The notes under the pieces are model-generated. The model was not told where the DNA came from, ran no database searches, and saw only the letters and a list, made by a program, of their open reading frames with translations. This document shows positions 9,047 to 19,172 of a DNA stretch of 64,000 nt, in pieces. Numbering within the stretch: the stretch's first letter is position 1; each line of letters starts with the position of its first letter. The translations under genes were made by a program, and so were the position numbers. Location of the stretch: positions 480,001 to 544,000 of the forward strand of contig JAEHCO010000001.1 in assembly GCA_020697715.1 (NCBI GenBank). The letters are read 5' to 3'. This DNA comes from Methanobacteriota archaeon (GTDB lineage Archaea; Thermoplasmatota; Thermoplasmata; SG8-5; JAGLSY01).

Positions 9047-12000
9047 TTAAAAGTCAAACAACGTGCAGTCCTTCACCTTCTCATTCTGGAAAAGCGAGCA
9101 TATGGACTTTTCCATGTTCTCAATTCTCTGGATCGTGTATATGGAGATATCGAAATCTCTTGCGATATCCTTTGACATGACCAGGTATTTCCTCACACTG
9201 GCGGGGTGCACGGTCAGTATGAGCTTATTACCGCAGTAACAATGACCGATGACCGGTATTCGTCGATATTTCTTACCGCATTTCGTACACCTGACGGTCT
9301 GGGTGGAGAAGGATTTGAGATTGCCGATCATATCGGGCATGAAATGTCCGGATATCAAGCGCTCGGCCACATCCTTATGATCCACTGCCCTTATCTTCCT
9401 TGCCAGTTCGAGTTGCACACGGGTCTTTTCCGCCATCGATTCCAGGGTCTTGTATGATGACACAGTGGGCCCATCAGAGACATTATGTGTGTCATTGGTG
9501 AATCCAAATCTCTCGTATTGGAGAACGGTGCCTATCCTGCTGCCCGCGGTATCCAGAAGATGCTCGATGGACTGCGTGTCCTTGAATTCCTTGCCAGCTT
9601 CATACATCTCTATAGGATATTCGAACATGAGGTCCACATTATGCGCTTCCTTGTCTATCTCATTAGGATTGAGAATTGTAGACAATAGCAATGGCGCGTC
9701 CATTCTGCCACCGCGCCTTTCAGGTAGATAGGACCAGGAGAAATTGAGCAATCCATCCATAAGCAACATGAAGCAATCCTCATCACCATCGCAATTACGC
9801 CTCTTGGCGGCATGGAAATATGGATGAGCGAATCCCACACTGGCTTTTGTAAAACCTATCAATCTTGAAAGAACCCCTCCGGACGTATGTGGAGAAAGTC
9901 CCATCATGGAAGATCCGATGAGATCGTCCCTCTTATTGGCTTTATAGAAAGGCTCCATGCCATAGATCAGGGTGAGCTCATCATCGATGTATTTCGACAC
10001 CTGGACCATGTAATCTCCCCCATCCAGAGGCATTATCACATCCTGGACCTTGAGCTCCAGCATCTGATCGTCATTTGTCAGCTTCTTGCCATGTATATCC
10101 TTTTCATAGCCCAATTTCCTCAATACTTCTACCGTTGCATTGATCTCAAAGGGCTTGAAGTGCGTTATAGGAGCATCCGTCGCATCATACCGGCATGTGC
10201 CATCCTTGAACACGAAGACGCCGTTCATGGCCCTTAGAATGCCCTTTTCTGGCATCTCCACGCTCTTGTTCCTCGATATCATGCCCTTCACACCTTTGAC
10301 CTTCGGCATTTTGTCAAAGGGGATCTTCAAATTTGCCATCGCGCCCCTCACCATCCCATTGACATCGATCTCCTGTTCCTCATGTGTTTCAGTAGGGGCT
10401 CGATGTTCTCCACAATCGCACTTGGGCAGACTCCCCTGGCCTCCACACTTCGTGCATTGTCGCACCTCGACATCGATGTTGATCTGGCTTTTGGAGACCT
10501 TGGCGGCTTTGTTCAGAAGCCTTCCAGCTCCTCCAGCAGTTCCTATTCCGAAAAGGCTGTGAACAGGGGGATTCATCTTCCTCATATCCCCCTTCTCCGG
10601 TCTGGCCATCCTGGCTCCGATCCTGGTGCCGCATTTGTCCTCGATACGAATTCCAGCAAGTGAAGAAACATATTCCAGGGTCGTTCCATCGACTTCCACA
10701 TCTCCTTTGATCACAATTTTTATGGATCGTCCATCACTGCCAGTCTCAAGATCCAGGCATCGGATGATAGCCTGGCCGTTCTCCACGTCATAAAGGCCAT
10801 CGGAATTCTTTTTGTAAGGCACACCCAGTTGGACCAAGATACCTTTGATCCTTTCATCATCCTGTATGACCAGGTCGTCAGATATCATCTCCCCCAGCTT
10901 GACCAGGAGGATCCGTAATTGATCGATCTCATCTATTGTCAGGTCATTCCAGAAATAAGTGTAATTGGGATGAAGAGGAATATCATGTTTCTTCGAATTC
11001 TCAAAGGCCTGGTCGATATTCGGATCCAGTAACTTTTCCTCATATTCCAATCCTTTACCTCTCAATATCGCCTTGTACCACCCGATGTCGAAGACACCTG
11101 GCACCAATGGGTGATTGTTCTCCAGGAATTCGCCCACTGGTATCAATATCTCTCCCAGATCGACTATCTCTTTTATGTCATATGTCAGAGCCTTTGCTTC
11201 CATAGGATCGTTCAATCTTAAGAAATCTCCATTTTTGAGGATGACCAGCGGTCCCTCGATGGTGTCACAGGGCATGGAGATACCTGCTTTTCCCGGCCTT
11301 TCGATCTTTATCTGCGTGCCCACGGCAGCAGTTTGTTCCACAATATACATGGTGGATGGATGGATACTGATGGATGCCAGCCCGGCAGTTCTTGATCTGC
11401 CGTACCTGAGCCTGAAGGATCCCTTTGCCATTGGATGGCCATACACTGGCCTTCCACCAACCATGTCCTTTATGAACTTGTAATTTGGTTCTACTGATTT
11501 GATCGGCCCAGTGTCTTCTTTCTTCTTCACTATCTTATCAATGAACTCCCACCCATCGATCTTCATGTTCCTCACATGCTTCTGTATCTTCGAGCCCTTC
11601 TGGCAAAGTCCTTCGGCAATGACCAGGCACGGCCCGCCCCTGACACGATTTGTCTTGATACGTGGCAGATCACGATGTCCAGATATTTCCGCCTTCTCGG
11701 TCCCATCTCCATCGACACAAATTGGACAATTGTTCAGTATTATCTCGATCTCTTTATCAGTGGGTGTGTACTGGAGATGTTGTTTCTGGCGGTAGAGTGG
11801 TATCTCTTCCTTCCACCTCTCCACCTCTTGCTCCGTGGCCTTATAAACTCCGATGCCCAATTCTCGCCGAACGACATCGGCGATGAGAATGCTCATCGCC
11901 TGGCCAGTACCTCCAGCCGAGCGTATCGGACCTGCATAATAGATGGACACATAATCCTTACCACCGGTTTCATTGATCTCCACACCGGAAATACCATCGA

Positions 12001-12370
12001 GAGGCGCTACCAGGATTCCTTCGGTCAGAACAGCCAGTCCAACCCTGACGGCCGTATCCAGGGCAATGTCCTTCGTTCCTTTGAACTCTCTTGCCACCTT
12101 CTTCGCCACCAGCAGGGACGTGATCTCTCTATTGTTATTCTCCGCGATCTCCCTGATCATCTCAGCCACATTTTCCAATGGTAGCTCCTTCAATTGATTT
12201 TCCACCCTGGATGCCAGATCATCCGCTTGTGGAATTTCCACTTCCAGAGAGGGATCGAAACCTTTGGACCTTGCTTCACCAGCGACCTCGTAACATCTAT
12301 CGGCCTCGGACATCAAGGCATCGAAATATTTTTTCATCTCTTCGCTGGCAATTATTTCCATATATCCCAT
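9047..12370 (-). CDS. polC: DNA polymerase D large subunit (DP2), no intein
   Basis: YYAGPIRSAGGT, FRLRYGRSR, RMARPEK, catalytic HAAKRRNCDGDED, C-terminal Zn finger, PIP-like tail CTLFDF. Confidence 0.97.
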   Translation of the reverse strand: MGYMEIIASEEMKKYFDALMSEADRCYEVAGEARSKGFDPSLEVEIPQADDLASRVENQLKELPLENVAEMIREIAENNNREITSLLVAKKVAREFKGTKDIALDTAVRVGLAVLTEGILVAPLDGISGVEINETGGKDYVSIYYAGPIRSAGGTGQAMSILIADVVRRELGIGVYKATEQEVERWKEEIPLYRQKQHLQYTPTDKEIEIILNNCPICVDGDGTEKAEISGHRDLPRIKTNRVRGGPCLVIAEGLCQKGSKIQKHVRNMKIDGWEFIDKIVKKKEDTGPIKSVEPNYKFIKDMVGGRPVYGHPMAKGSFRLRYGRSRTAGLASISIHPSTMYIVEQTAAVGTQIKIERPGKAGISMPCDTIEGPLVILKNGDFLRLNDPMEAKALTYDIKEIVDLGEILIPVGEFLENNHPLVPGVFDIGWYKAILRGKGLEYEEKLLDPNIDQAFENSKKHDIPLHPNYTYFWNDLTIDEIDQLRILLVKLGEMISDDLVIQDDERIKGILVQLGVPYKKNSDGLYDVENGQAIIRCLDLETGSDGRSIKIVIKGDVEVDGTTLEYVSSLAGIRIEDKCGTRIGARMARPEKGDMRKMNPPVHSLFGIGTAGGAGRLLNKAAKVSKSQINIDVEVRQCTKCGGQGSLPKCDCGEHRAPTETHEEQEIDVNGMVRGAMANLKIPFDKMPKVKGVKGMISRNKSVEMPEKGILRAMNGVFVFKDGTCRYDATDAPITHFKPFEINATVEVLRKLGYEKDIHGKKLTNDDQMLELKVQDVIMPLDGGDYMVQVSKYIDDELTLIYGMEPFYKANKRDDLIGSSMMGLSPHTSGGVLSRLIGFTKASVGFAHPYFHAAKRRNCDGDEDCFMLLMDGLLNFSWSYLPERRGGRMDAPLLLSTILNPNEIDKEAHNVDLMFEYPIEMYEAGKEFKDTQSIEHLLDTAGSRIGTVLQYERFGFTNDTHNVSDGPTVSSYKTLESMAEKTRVQLELARKIRAVDHKDVAERLISGHFMPDMIGNLKSFSTQTVRCTKCGKKYRRIPVIGHCYCGNKLILTVHPASVRKYLVMSKDIARDFDISIYTIQRIENMEKSICSLFQNEKVKDCTLFDF

Positions 12371-12446
12371 CCCACTTGAAAAAGACTAATTTCTGTGAGG
12401 CAAGGGGGATGGCACTAAGGGTTTTTATAAGTAGCGATTGAGACGA

Positions 12447-12474
12447 GCCAGTCATCCGAAATGAGATGACTGGC
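12447..12474. promoter_or_regulatory. Perfect 10-bp inverted repeat between divergent polC and DUF1684 genes
   Basis: GCCAGTCATC-cgaaatga-GATGACTGGC, close to a TTTTTATAA TATA-like box at about 12422-12430. Confidence 0.4.
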
Positions 12475-12587
12475 CAATCCAAATCTCAATAGTTCATTCT
12501 CATTTGTAGGTTCTAATTATTTGTTAAAAAAACAGGTGGAGAGGGAATTAATATTTATTCTCCGAATTATACCGTGTTAGTGATAAT

Positions 12588-13133
12588 ATGACCGATCAAG
12601 ATGCCTGGATGGCGAAGATAGAAGAGGGAAGAGCCGAGAAGGACGTGTGGCTTTCAAAAGATGGCCAGTCCCCAATACCTCTCATGAAAAGGAAGAAGTT
12701 CAAGGGTCTGGAATATTTCACACCAGACCCTGAATTCGCTTTCAAGCTGGAGCTTAAGGAGCATGTGGAAAAGAAAAAGCTCGTGGTCAAGGACTCGAAA
12801 GGCAATGATAGGAATTTCATCGCCTGGGGGGAATTTGTTTTCAATATTCATGGTGTGGATCACAAGCTCCAGGCTTACAAAACAGATGCGGGAGAGAAAA
12901 GGCTGTTCATTCCTTTCAAGGATGGGACATCGGGCAAGGAATCTTATGGAGCTGGCAGATATCTCGACCTACAGGAGGAAACTGACCTTTCAGATGGGAA
13001 ATGGGATCTGGATCTCAATAATGCTTACAATCCCTGGTGTGCGTACAATCATAATTACGCTTGCCCATTGGTGCCACCGGAGAACTGGCTCGATGTCAGG
13101 ATAGAGGCTGGAGAGAAGAGCCATTCACACTGA
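12588..13133 (+). CDS. DUF1684 family protein
   Basis: LFIPFKDGTSGKESYGAGRYLD, LDLNNAYNPWCAYN..YACPLVPPENWL..RIEAGEK. Confidence 0.9.
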   Translation: MTDQDAWMAKIEEGRAEKDVWLSKDGQSPIPLMKRKKFKGLEYFTPDPEFAFKLELKEHVEKKKLVVKDSKGNDRNFIAWGEFVFNIHGVDHKLQAYKTDAGEKRLFIPFKDGTSGKESYGAGRYLDLQEETDLSDGKWDLDLNNAYNPWCAYNHNYACPLVPPENWLDVRIEAGEKSHSH

Positions 13134-13156
13134 TCGGGCTGCTGTGAATGATAAGA

Positions 13157-14410
13157 TCAACTGGAATTTGTTTTCCTAACGGCCACCAATGGCAATAATG
13201 CGAGGTAAATCAACCCCACAACTGCAAGTGCCTGGCCAACCCCATACACATCGGCCAGCCAACCGATAAGCGGGGCGAATACCGCGGTTATCATGGTCTT
13301 CACCTGGGATTCCACACTGAGGCCAGTGGCCATAACTTTGCTGGGAATGGTGTCGCTGATATAACCAACGTTCATCGGCCTGCGTACATTGTGGGTGATG
13401 AAGATACCGATGAAGCCAGCCACCGCGATAGGATACCATTTCATGTAGGCGGAAATTCCCGAAATGACGATGAGCGCTCCTCCGATCACGTATGTGATGT
13501 TTATCCCTCTGGATATATCTGATAATTTGGACGCGATCCGCCCCGCGCTTCTTGAAGTAACGGATGTCATGAGATAGAGGAAGAAATATGTCAGACCGAC
13601 GAGCACGGCCACTCTCTCTTGATCGACCAGGTAGAGGAACACTGGCAGAGCGACAGCCTGCGCCTCCAGGATCGGCTGAAGATATTCCTTGGAGGATCTG
13701 AACACACCTCCAAATACCGAAGAATTCATTATGCCGCGCATGGCATTTTTGTTTTTAAAAATGCCAATGAAGGAATTCCATGTCTCTGAGAATGATCTTT
13801 TGACCCCGTCCCTGGTCTTCTCCCTACCCATTGCGATATCCCCGTCCAGATAGGCGGGATACGAGGCCATGAGAAATAATTCCAAGATATAGGGGATGGT
13901 GGATGCCAGGAACACGATCTTGTAGTCGCCAGTGTAGATGACCAGGGCGATCGCGATGAGAGCGGAAAGCGCGGATCCGAGCTGAGATGCGGATCTAGTT
14001 CGTCCATAATATTCCACTTTCTTGTGTGTGATCTTCTTAATTTTCAGATAATCGAGTATCATGGCCTTGTGTGTGCCGCTCCTGAAGGCCTCTCCAGCAG
14101 CGAGGAATATCATGGCCAGTGCGAAGGACCAGAAGCCAGGAAATAGATAGAATATCAGAAACGCACCCAGGCAGAAAGAGAATGAAAGGATCATTGATTT
14201 GCGCCTACCGAAAGTGTCTGCCAGGAAACCCGTTGGTATCTCGAACACATTGATGAATATTTCTCGGATAGAATACAGTAAACCTATCGACAAAAAGGAG
14301 AGGCCAGCATCCATGAAGAATAGAAGAATGAAGGGGTCGAAAAAACGCAGATTTTTCAAAAATCCATAAAGGCGGAATTTCAGATACATGCGATCACGGG
14401 GGACGGCCAT
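13157..14410 (-). CDS. MFS transporter
   Basis: About 12 TM segments; FEIPTGFLADTFGRRKS (motif A), GEAFRSGT. Confidence 0.88.
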   Translation of the reverse strand: MAVPRDRMYLKFRLYGFLKNLRFFDPFILLFFMDAGLSFLSIGLLYSIREIFINVFEIPTGFLADTFGRRKSMILSFSFCLGAFLIFYLFPGFWSFALAMIFLAAGEAFRSGTHKAMILDYLKIKKITHKKVEYYGRTRSASQLGSALSALIAIALVIYTGDYKIVFLASTIPYILELFLMASYPAYLDGDIAMGREKTRDGVKRSFSETWNSFIGIFKNKNAMRGIMNSSVFGGVFRSSKEYLQPILEAQAVALPVFLYLVDQERVAVLVGLTYFFLYLMTSVTSRSAGRIASKLSDISRGINITYVIGGALIVISGISAYMKWYPIAVAGFIGIFITHNVRRPMNVGYISDTIPSKVMATGLSVESQVKTMITAVFAPLIGWLADVYGVGQALAVVGLIYLALLPLVAVRKTNSS

Positions 14411-14494
14411 GAACGTGTATTGGCTGAGGAGTAAATAGAATTTCCTGAGAATATCGGCAAAGGTTTAAGTTCCGAATCCATATAATCTGTTAAT

Positions 14495-14695
14495 ATGACC
14501 ATCGAGGTGAATAGCAATATAGTGGATTTCGTGGAGGGTGAGACCATCGCCCAGCTCCTGAAGCGCATGAATTTTGTATTTCCACTTATCGTGGTCAAGA
14601 TAGATGGGGTATTGGTGAAAAAAACTGATTTTGATTCTACCACCTTCCCGGATGGAGCCAGTATCCAGATGATACATCTGATAAGTGGTGGTTGA
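14495..14695 (+). CDS. ThiS/MoaD-family sulfur carrier protein
   Basis: 66-aa ubiquitin-like size with C-terminal ISGG. Confidence 0.85.
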   Translation: MTIEVNSNIVDFVEGETIAQLLKRMNFVFPLIVVKIDGVLVKKTDFDSTTFPDGASIQMIHLISGG

Positions 14696-14711
14696 ATAGA
14701 GAACAAGAGGG

Positions 14712-14894
14712 TTGAAAATGAATGTCGAATTGATAAAAGAAAAACTGGCTGAGGCAAGCCATGACGGCGAGATCACATGTGCCGAGTGCATGGTCGTGGG
14801 TGAGGAACTGGGAGTTTCGGTCAATGGATTCGCACAGATATTGACCGATATGGATATCAGGATAATCAAGTGCCAGCTTGGGTGTTTTCCATAG
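14712..14894 (+). CDS. Small Cys-containing conserved hypothetical protein (C-terminal CQLGCF)
   Basis: ITCAEC...IRIIKCQLGCFP; sits between the thiS-like gene and mobB. Confidence 0.75.
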   Translation: MKMNVELIKEKLAEASHDGEITCAECMVVGEELGVSVNGFAQILTDMDIRIIKCQLGCFP

Positions 14895-14910
14895 TTTTTG
14901 AGGATGTAGA

Positions 14911-15447
14911 ATGATAATCGTTTCCCTTATTGGATTGAAAAAGTGTGGTAAGACCACCACGGCCGAAGCTCTCATATCGGAGTTCAAATCACGTGGCATG
15001 AAAGTGGGTGGAGTGAAGTGGATGGTGCACTCGAACTTCACTATCGACACAGAGGGGAAGGACACATGGCGACAGAAGCGTGCGGGGGCGGATTTCGTGA
15101 TTTCCATGTCCAAGGATGAGATGGCTTTTGTGCAGAACAGACCCGAGCGGCCGAGCTTGGATGACGTACTGGCTTTGGTTCCCGATCACACTGATATCCT
15201 GATATGCGAGGGCTTGATGGACAGCAGGCCGAATGTGATCAAAGTAGTTATTGCCAAGGCGCTGGAGACCCTGAACGAGACCTTTGAAGTTCGTGGGATC
15301 GAGGATGGTGTGATCGCTTTGTCTGGAATCATCTCGAATGAAACACTGGAACATCCGGAATTGCCTGTGTTCAACTGCACACTTCCCAGAGGGGCGGAAG
15401 GACTGGCCGATCTAATTATAGAAGAATATAAGAAATTAGATATCTGA
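14911..15447 (+). CDS. mobB: Molybdopterin-guanine dinucleotide biosynthesis protein B
   Basis: GLKKCGKTT P-loop, IDTEGKDTWR..RAGA, DILICEG. Confidence 0.85.
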   Translation: MIIVSLIGLKKCGKTTTAEALISEFKSRGMKVGGVKWMVHSNFTIDTEGKDTWRQKRAGADFVISMSKDEMAFVQNRPERPSLDDVLALVPDHTDILICEGLMDSRPNVIKVVIAKALETLNETFEVRGIEDGVIALSGIISNETLEHPELPVFNCTLPRGAEGLADLIIEEYKKLDI

Positions 15448-15451
15448 ACTA

Positions 15452-17632
15452 TTATTTTACCAGGTTCATCACTCTATCCACAAGCTCTGGCTCTCTGGTT
15501 ATCACAACCACTTTGTCGCCCTTTTTGAACTTGTCTGTCTTGAGTACCCTTTTCGCCCCGGCCACATCCTCATATTCACCCTCGATCTTGGGATTGATGG
15601 TTATGACCGAAGAACCACTGAGGGAGCCTGTCCCCTTCTTGGCCAGTGGTCGAATATGACCGATGAAGATGACCGGATATCCCACCAGGGCGCCTTGGAA
15701 TTCCTTGATGGACTTGCCAATGAAAGAGGCTGGCACTTCCCTGATATAGAACTCATTGGTGTTCTCGGAGAAAGTAAGTAAATTGCGGAATATCAGGGTG
15801 ACATAGGGCTTTAGAATTGCCTGTGCCATCAACTGCTCGGCGAAGGCCTCGATCGATACCACGACATTGGCCTTCGTATTGCGGAAGAACTGGAAATTCT
15901 TCGATTCCATCAACTCAACGGCTGTGAACATGTTCTCGGATATTCGATTCTCAATTATCTGGAGCTGGTGTAAACCTCTGAGGTCGGACTCTTCTCCTTC
16001 GTTCACCTCGGACACTATGACCACCCTGGTCTTGTCCGCATCTTCCCTCGTCACACCAGCAATTTTCAATTTTTGGAGACTGACCGGCTCTCCGATATTC
16101 TCCACCCTGAGGGAGATATAATCCTCCATGGGTCTTCCTAACATATTGGTCACCCTGTCATTTATCTTCTTGAGGCGGGGTTCCAGCTTGGAAGGCTCGT
16201 ACCTGGTGAGCAGGGCGACCTCGAGCTTCTTCACACTGCCTTTGGTCTTTTCCACATTGGCGCATATCTTGGCCAGTTCATTGATCAAGTCCCTCACATG
16301 GTACGGGTTCCAGTTGAGGATGACAATCCTATCAAAGGGCAGTTCGTCCTCATAATCGTCCTTGGTATCTGGCATTGTCTTGGATTGGAACTCGGGCAAG
16401 GGTTTTTCCAGTATCTCGCATGCCTTGAGGGTGTCCTTCTCATCATAGGAAATGAGGACCAATTGGTCTCCATTCTTGAACTTTATCTCCTTCTGAGGAT
16501 TCAGAAGGAGCGTGACCTTGTCCGCTTTCTCATACCCGGCCACTGAGCCGTCATTGCCCGCAGGCACATGTCGAAGAACTCCAACCGGGGTGACGCCAGT
16601 GTCCAGGAAGAGTTTTTCAACAGAATTGAAAGACTTGCCCACCATGGCCTTGGTTGTCTGATAATAATAAAATTCGCATGTGTCCACCTCCTTGGTGCTA
16701 AGAAGGTCGTGGGTGATCTCATTCACCTCTCCCTGGATGATGGACTGGATGAAAAGATACCGGGGCATGTTCTCCAGATAAATTGGCTCCACCGTGAGCT
16801 TGCTGGAAGTGCCTGGAATGAGAGTGGTATACACCTCTGGCTCATTAGAATCTCCCATCGCGCAAGGCAGAAGATTGGTCTCCTCATCAAGGAATTCCAG
16901 CACCACATTGATATCTGTCTTTATCCTCTGGGCCACATCCTCATCACAAAGATGATTGTATATGGCCTTGTAAACTAGTGAAACGTAGGCATCCCTGTAG
17001 ATCTTATGACCCTTCACGGTCTCATCAGTTGACAGTACGAGGATACTTCTAGCGGCCTCCACATTGGCCTTGTCCAGTACTTCGAGATCCAGTGGGTCTC
17101 CGATTATCGCGTATGTATTTCGACGCAGCCTGTCATCATTGAAAGTGATATCAGCAGCATTTGGACTGATTATGACAACTGGATAGATATTGATCAGATC
17201 CTCCGAGCGTAATTCCGTCAGTATACCTTCTATCTTACTCGTCATACCACAAATGACCACATGACCCTGGCCACTGTAGGTCTTCAGAACCTTGACCTTT
17301 CCACGGTTGATGATCTTTTCCAAAATGTAACTGGATACCTCTCCCACCACCATTGCGAAGAAGATTATGCTGGTGGTCATGACAACTATGATCGCGCCCT
17401 TTCCAAGGGATGTGGTGGCATCTGTGGAATCTCCCAATAACATCATGAAAGATATCAGAAGAGCCTCGTAGACAGGAATTTCTTCTGCCTGGCTAAGCAC
17501 GAACGACGCTATGACGAGAGCTATGAAAATACCTATACTCAGCTTGGCCTGATACGAATCCTTGAACCACCGCACCAGGGGACTGGTCACTTTATGGCTT
17601 CCCGATAATCCACCTTTACCCATATTATCCAT
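15452..17632 (-). CDS. Two-TM ion-channel-like protein with tandem RCK/TrkA-N domains
   Basis: TM-pore-TM N-terminus, GHVVICG, GDPLDLEVLDKANVEAARSILVLS, second RCK (RIVILNWN...TAVELM...NEFY). Confidence 0.8.
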   Translation of the reverse strand: MDNMGKGGLSGSHKVTSPLVRWFKDSYQAKLSIGIFIALVIASFVLSQAEEIPVYEALLISFMMLLGDSTDATTSLGKGAIIVVMTTSIIFFAMVVGEVSSYILEKIINRGKVKVLKTYSGQGHVVICGMTSKIEGILTELRSEDLINIYPVVIISPNAADITFNDDRLRRNTYAIIGDPLDLEVLDKANVEAARSILVLSTDETVKGHKIYRDAYVSLVYKAIYNHLCDEDVAQRIKTDINVVLEFLDEETNLLPCAMGDSNEPEVYTTLIPGTSSKLTVEPIYLENMPRYLFIQSIIQGEVNEITHDLLSTKEVDTCEFYYYQTTKAMVGKSFNSVEKLFLDTGVTPVGVLRHVPAGNDGSVAGYEKADKVTLLLNPQKEIKFKNGDQLVLISYDEKDTLKACEILEKPLPEFQSKTMPDTKDDYEDELPFDRIVILNWNPYHVRDLINELAKICANVEKTKGSVKKLEVALLTRYEPSKLEPRLKKINDRVTNMLGRPMEDYISLRVENIGEPVSLQKLKIAGVTREDADKTRVVIVSEVNEGEESDLRGLHQLQIIENRISENMFTAVELMESKNFQFFRNTKANVVVSIEAFAEQLMAQAILKPYVTLIFRNLLTFSENTNEFYIREVPASFIGKSIKEFQGALVGYPVIFIGHIRPLAKKGTGSLSGSSVITINPKIEGEYEDVAGAKRVLKTDKFKKGDKVVVITREPELVDRVMNLVK

Positions 17633-17757
17633 ACCTGCATTCCATTCTGGTTAAAATATTTTCATCTATTTTCATATTCAAAAAATATTGAACATTTGAA
17701 TAGGTTTATTTACTCTCATTAACATATTCTCCGGGTACACTGAAGGAGTGAGGAAGA

Positions 17758-18660
17758 ATGACATTCTCGATAGTCGCTATTGACAAGGAAAAGAAAGAAG
17801 TGGGTTTCGCCATCGCATCATGCTGCTGGAATGCGGGCATGGTGTGTGGGGCGAGAACGGATCAGGGTGCTATCGCGTCCCAGGCCAGTGGTAATCTTGC
17901 CTTTCTGAACATGTTCTTCGATAAGATCGAGCATGATAGGAGCCTGGAAGAGACCTTGCAGCATTTCAAGAACAATGATGATTCTTTCGACACCCGGCAG
18001 GTGGGGATGATCACAATGGCCGGCGAGGCATTGGCTGTCACCGGCTCTGATTGCGACGAATGGGCCGGACATGTGACCGGGCCAGATCATTCAATTCAAG
18101 GCAACACCCTTGTAGGCCCGGAAGTGGTGGACGATATGAAGCTGGCCTTTGAGAATACTGAAGGCCAGTTGATGAGTCGCCTTTACGCGGCTCTACGTGC
18201 GGGGGACGATGCTGGAGGAGATGCCAGGGGTAAGCAAAGCGCGAGACTTGTTGTATTGAGGAAAGGAGGCGGATTCGATGGCTCTGACAATGTATGCGAT
18301 ATAAAATTCCAGGACCATCCAGAGCCTGTGCGGGAGATGGGTCGGATACTGGAAGCACGAGCCCTGCTTGTGTCAGCTCATGGCAATTACGAAGGCGTGT
18401 CCATTGCTTCCAAGGAGGAGAAGCTGGCCATCCTGGAAAAGGTGTGGAGCTTCCTGGATACGGAAGCGGATGACAATTGCAGATATTGCGATCTGTGGAC
18501 GGACCTTGGGGAACGATATCACGAGCTTGGACATCTGGATAAGGCTGTCAAGGCATACAAAAGAGCGATGCACAACTCTCCGAATCTGGTCAAAAGTTTG
18601 AAGTTGAATGCGGAGAAGGGTAAGCTGGCGGAGGAGTTGGCACAAGCCTTGTTCAATTAA
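17758..18660 (+). CDS. DUF1028 (Ntn-hydrolase-like) protein with C-terminal TPR
   Basis: MTFSIVA, GAIASQA, RQVGMI, SIQGNTL, AGGDARGKQSA, DHPEPVRE; TPR-like tail. Confidence 0.88.
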   Translation: MTFSIVAIDKEKKEVGFAIASCCWNAGMVCGARTDQGAIASQASGNLAFLNMFFDKIEHDRSLEETLQHFKNNDDSFDTRQVGMITMAGEALAVTGSDCDEWAGHVTGPDHSIQGNTLVGPEVVDDMKLAFENTEGQLMSRLYAALRAGDDAGGDARGKQSARLVVLRKGGGFDGSDNVCDIKFQDHPEPVREMGRILEARALLVSAHGNYEGVSIASKEEKLAILEKVWSFLDTEADDNCRYCDLWTDLGERYHELGHLDKAVKAYKRAMHNSPNLVKSLKLNAEKGKLAEELAQALFN

Positions 18661-18698
18661 ACGATAAATTTAATTAGCCTTGGATATATCCGACAAAT

Positions 18699-19172
18699 AT
18701 GAAATTAAAACTCAATGGTTGGGATCTGAATATCGTATTCTCATCATGCCACTTCCTTGCAGAACATAATAAATGCTCCAGGCTTCACGGCCACAATTAC
18801 GGTGTCCATCTGACCCTGGAGGGAGACGTTGATAAGACCGGGCTGGTCATGGATTTCGTCGTTCTCAAAAGGGCTTTGAATGAGATCATCGACGACCTCG
18901 ATCATAAGGTGATGCTTCCTGGCAATTCACCTGTTACGAAGGTCGTTATTGAGGGTGACCAGGTAACTGCTGACAGTGGGGCGAAGCATTATTCCTTCCC
19001 ACTGGAGGACGTGGTCATTCTGGATCTGGATGCTATCTCTGCGGAGAATCTGGCATACTTCATATTGCAGAGGATGAAGACGATCATCGATCTACCTGAC
19101 AACATCCACGCGATAGGAATTGGCGTGGATGAGGGCAAAGGGCAGGGAGCCTGGATATGGGAAAAGCTATAA
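18699..19172 (+). CDS. queD: 6-carboxytetrahydropterin synthase
   Basis: FSSCHFL..HNKCSRLHGHNY, MDFVVLK, LDHK, SAENLA. Confidence 0.9.
   Translation: MKLKLNGWDLNIVFSSCHFLAEHNKCSRLHGHNYGVHLTLEGDVDKTGLVMDFVVLKRALNEIIDDLDHKVMLPGNSPVTKVVIEGDQVTADSGAKHYSFPLEDVVILDLDAISAENLAYFILQRMKTIIDLPDNIHAIGIGVDEGKGQGAWIWEKL

Noticed and set aside
9047-12370. Possible intein in DP2 (and in NrdJ)
   Set aside because: Both proteins are normal length, catalytic motifs are contiguous, and I saw no intein splice-junction or LAGLIDADG blocks.
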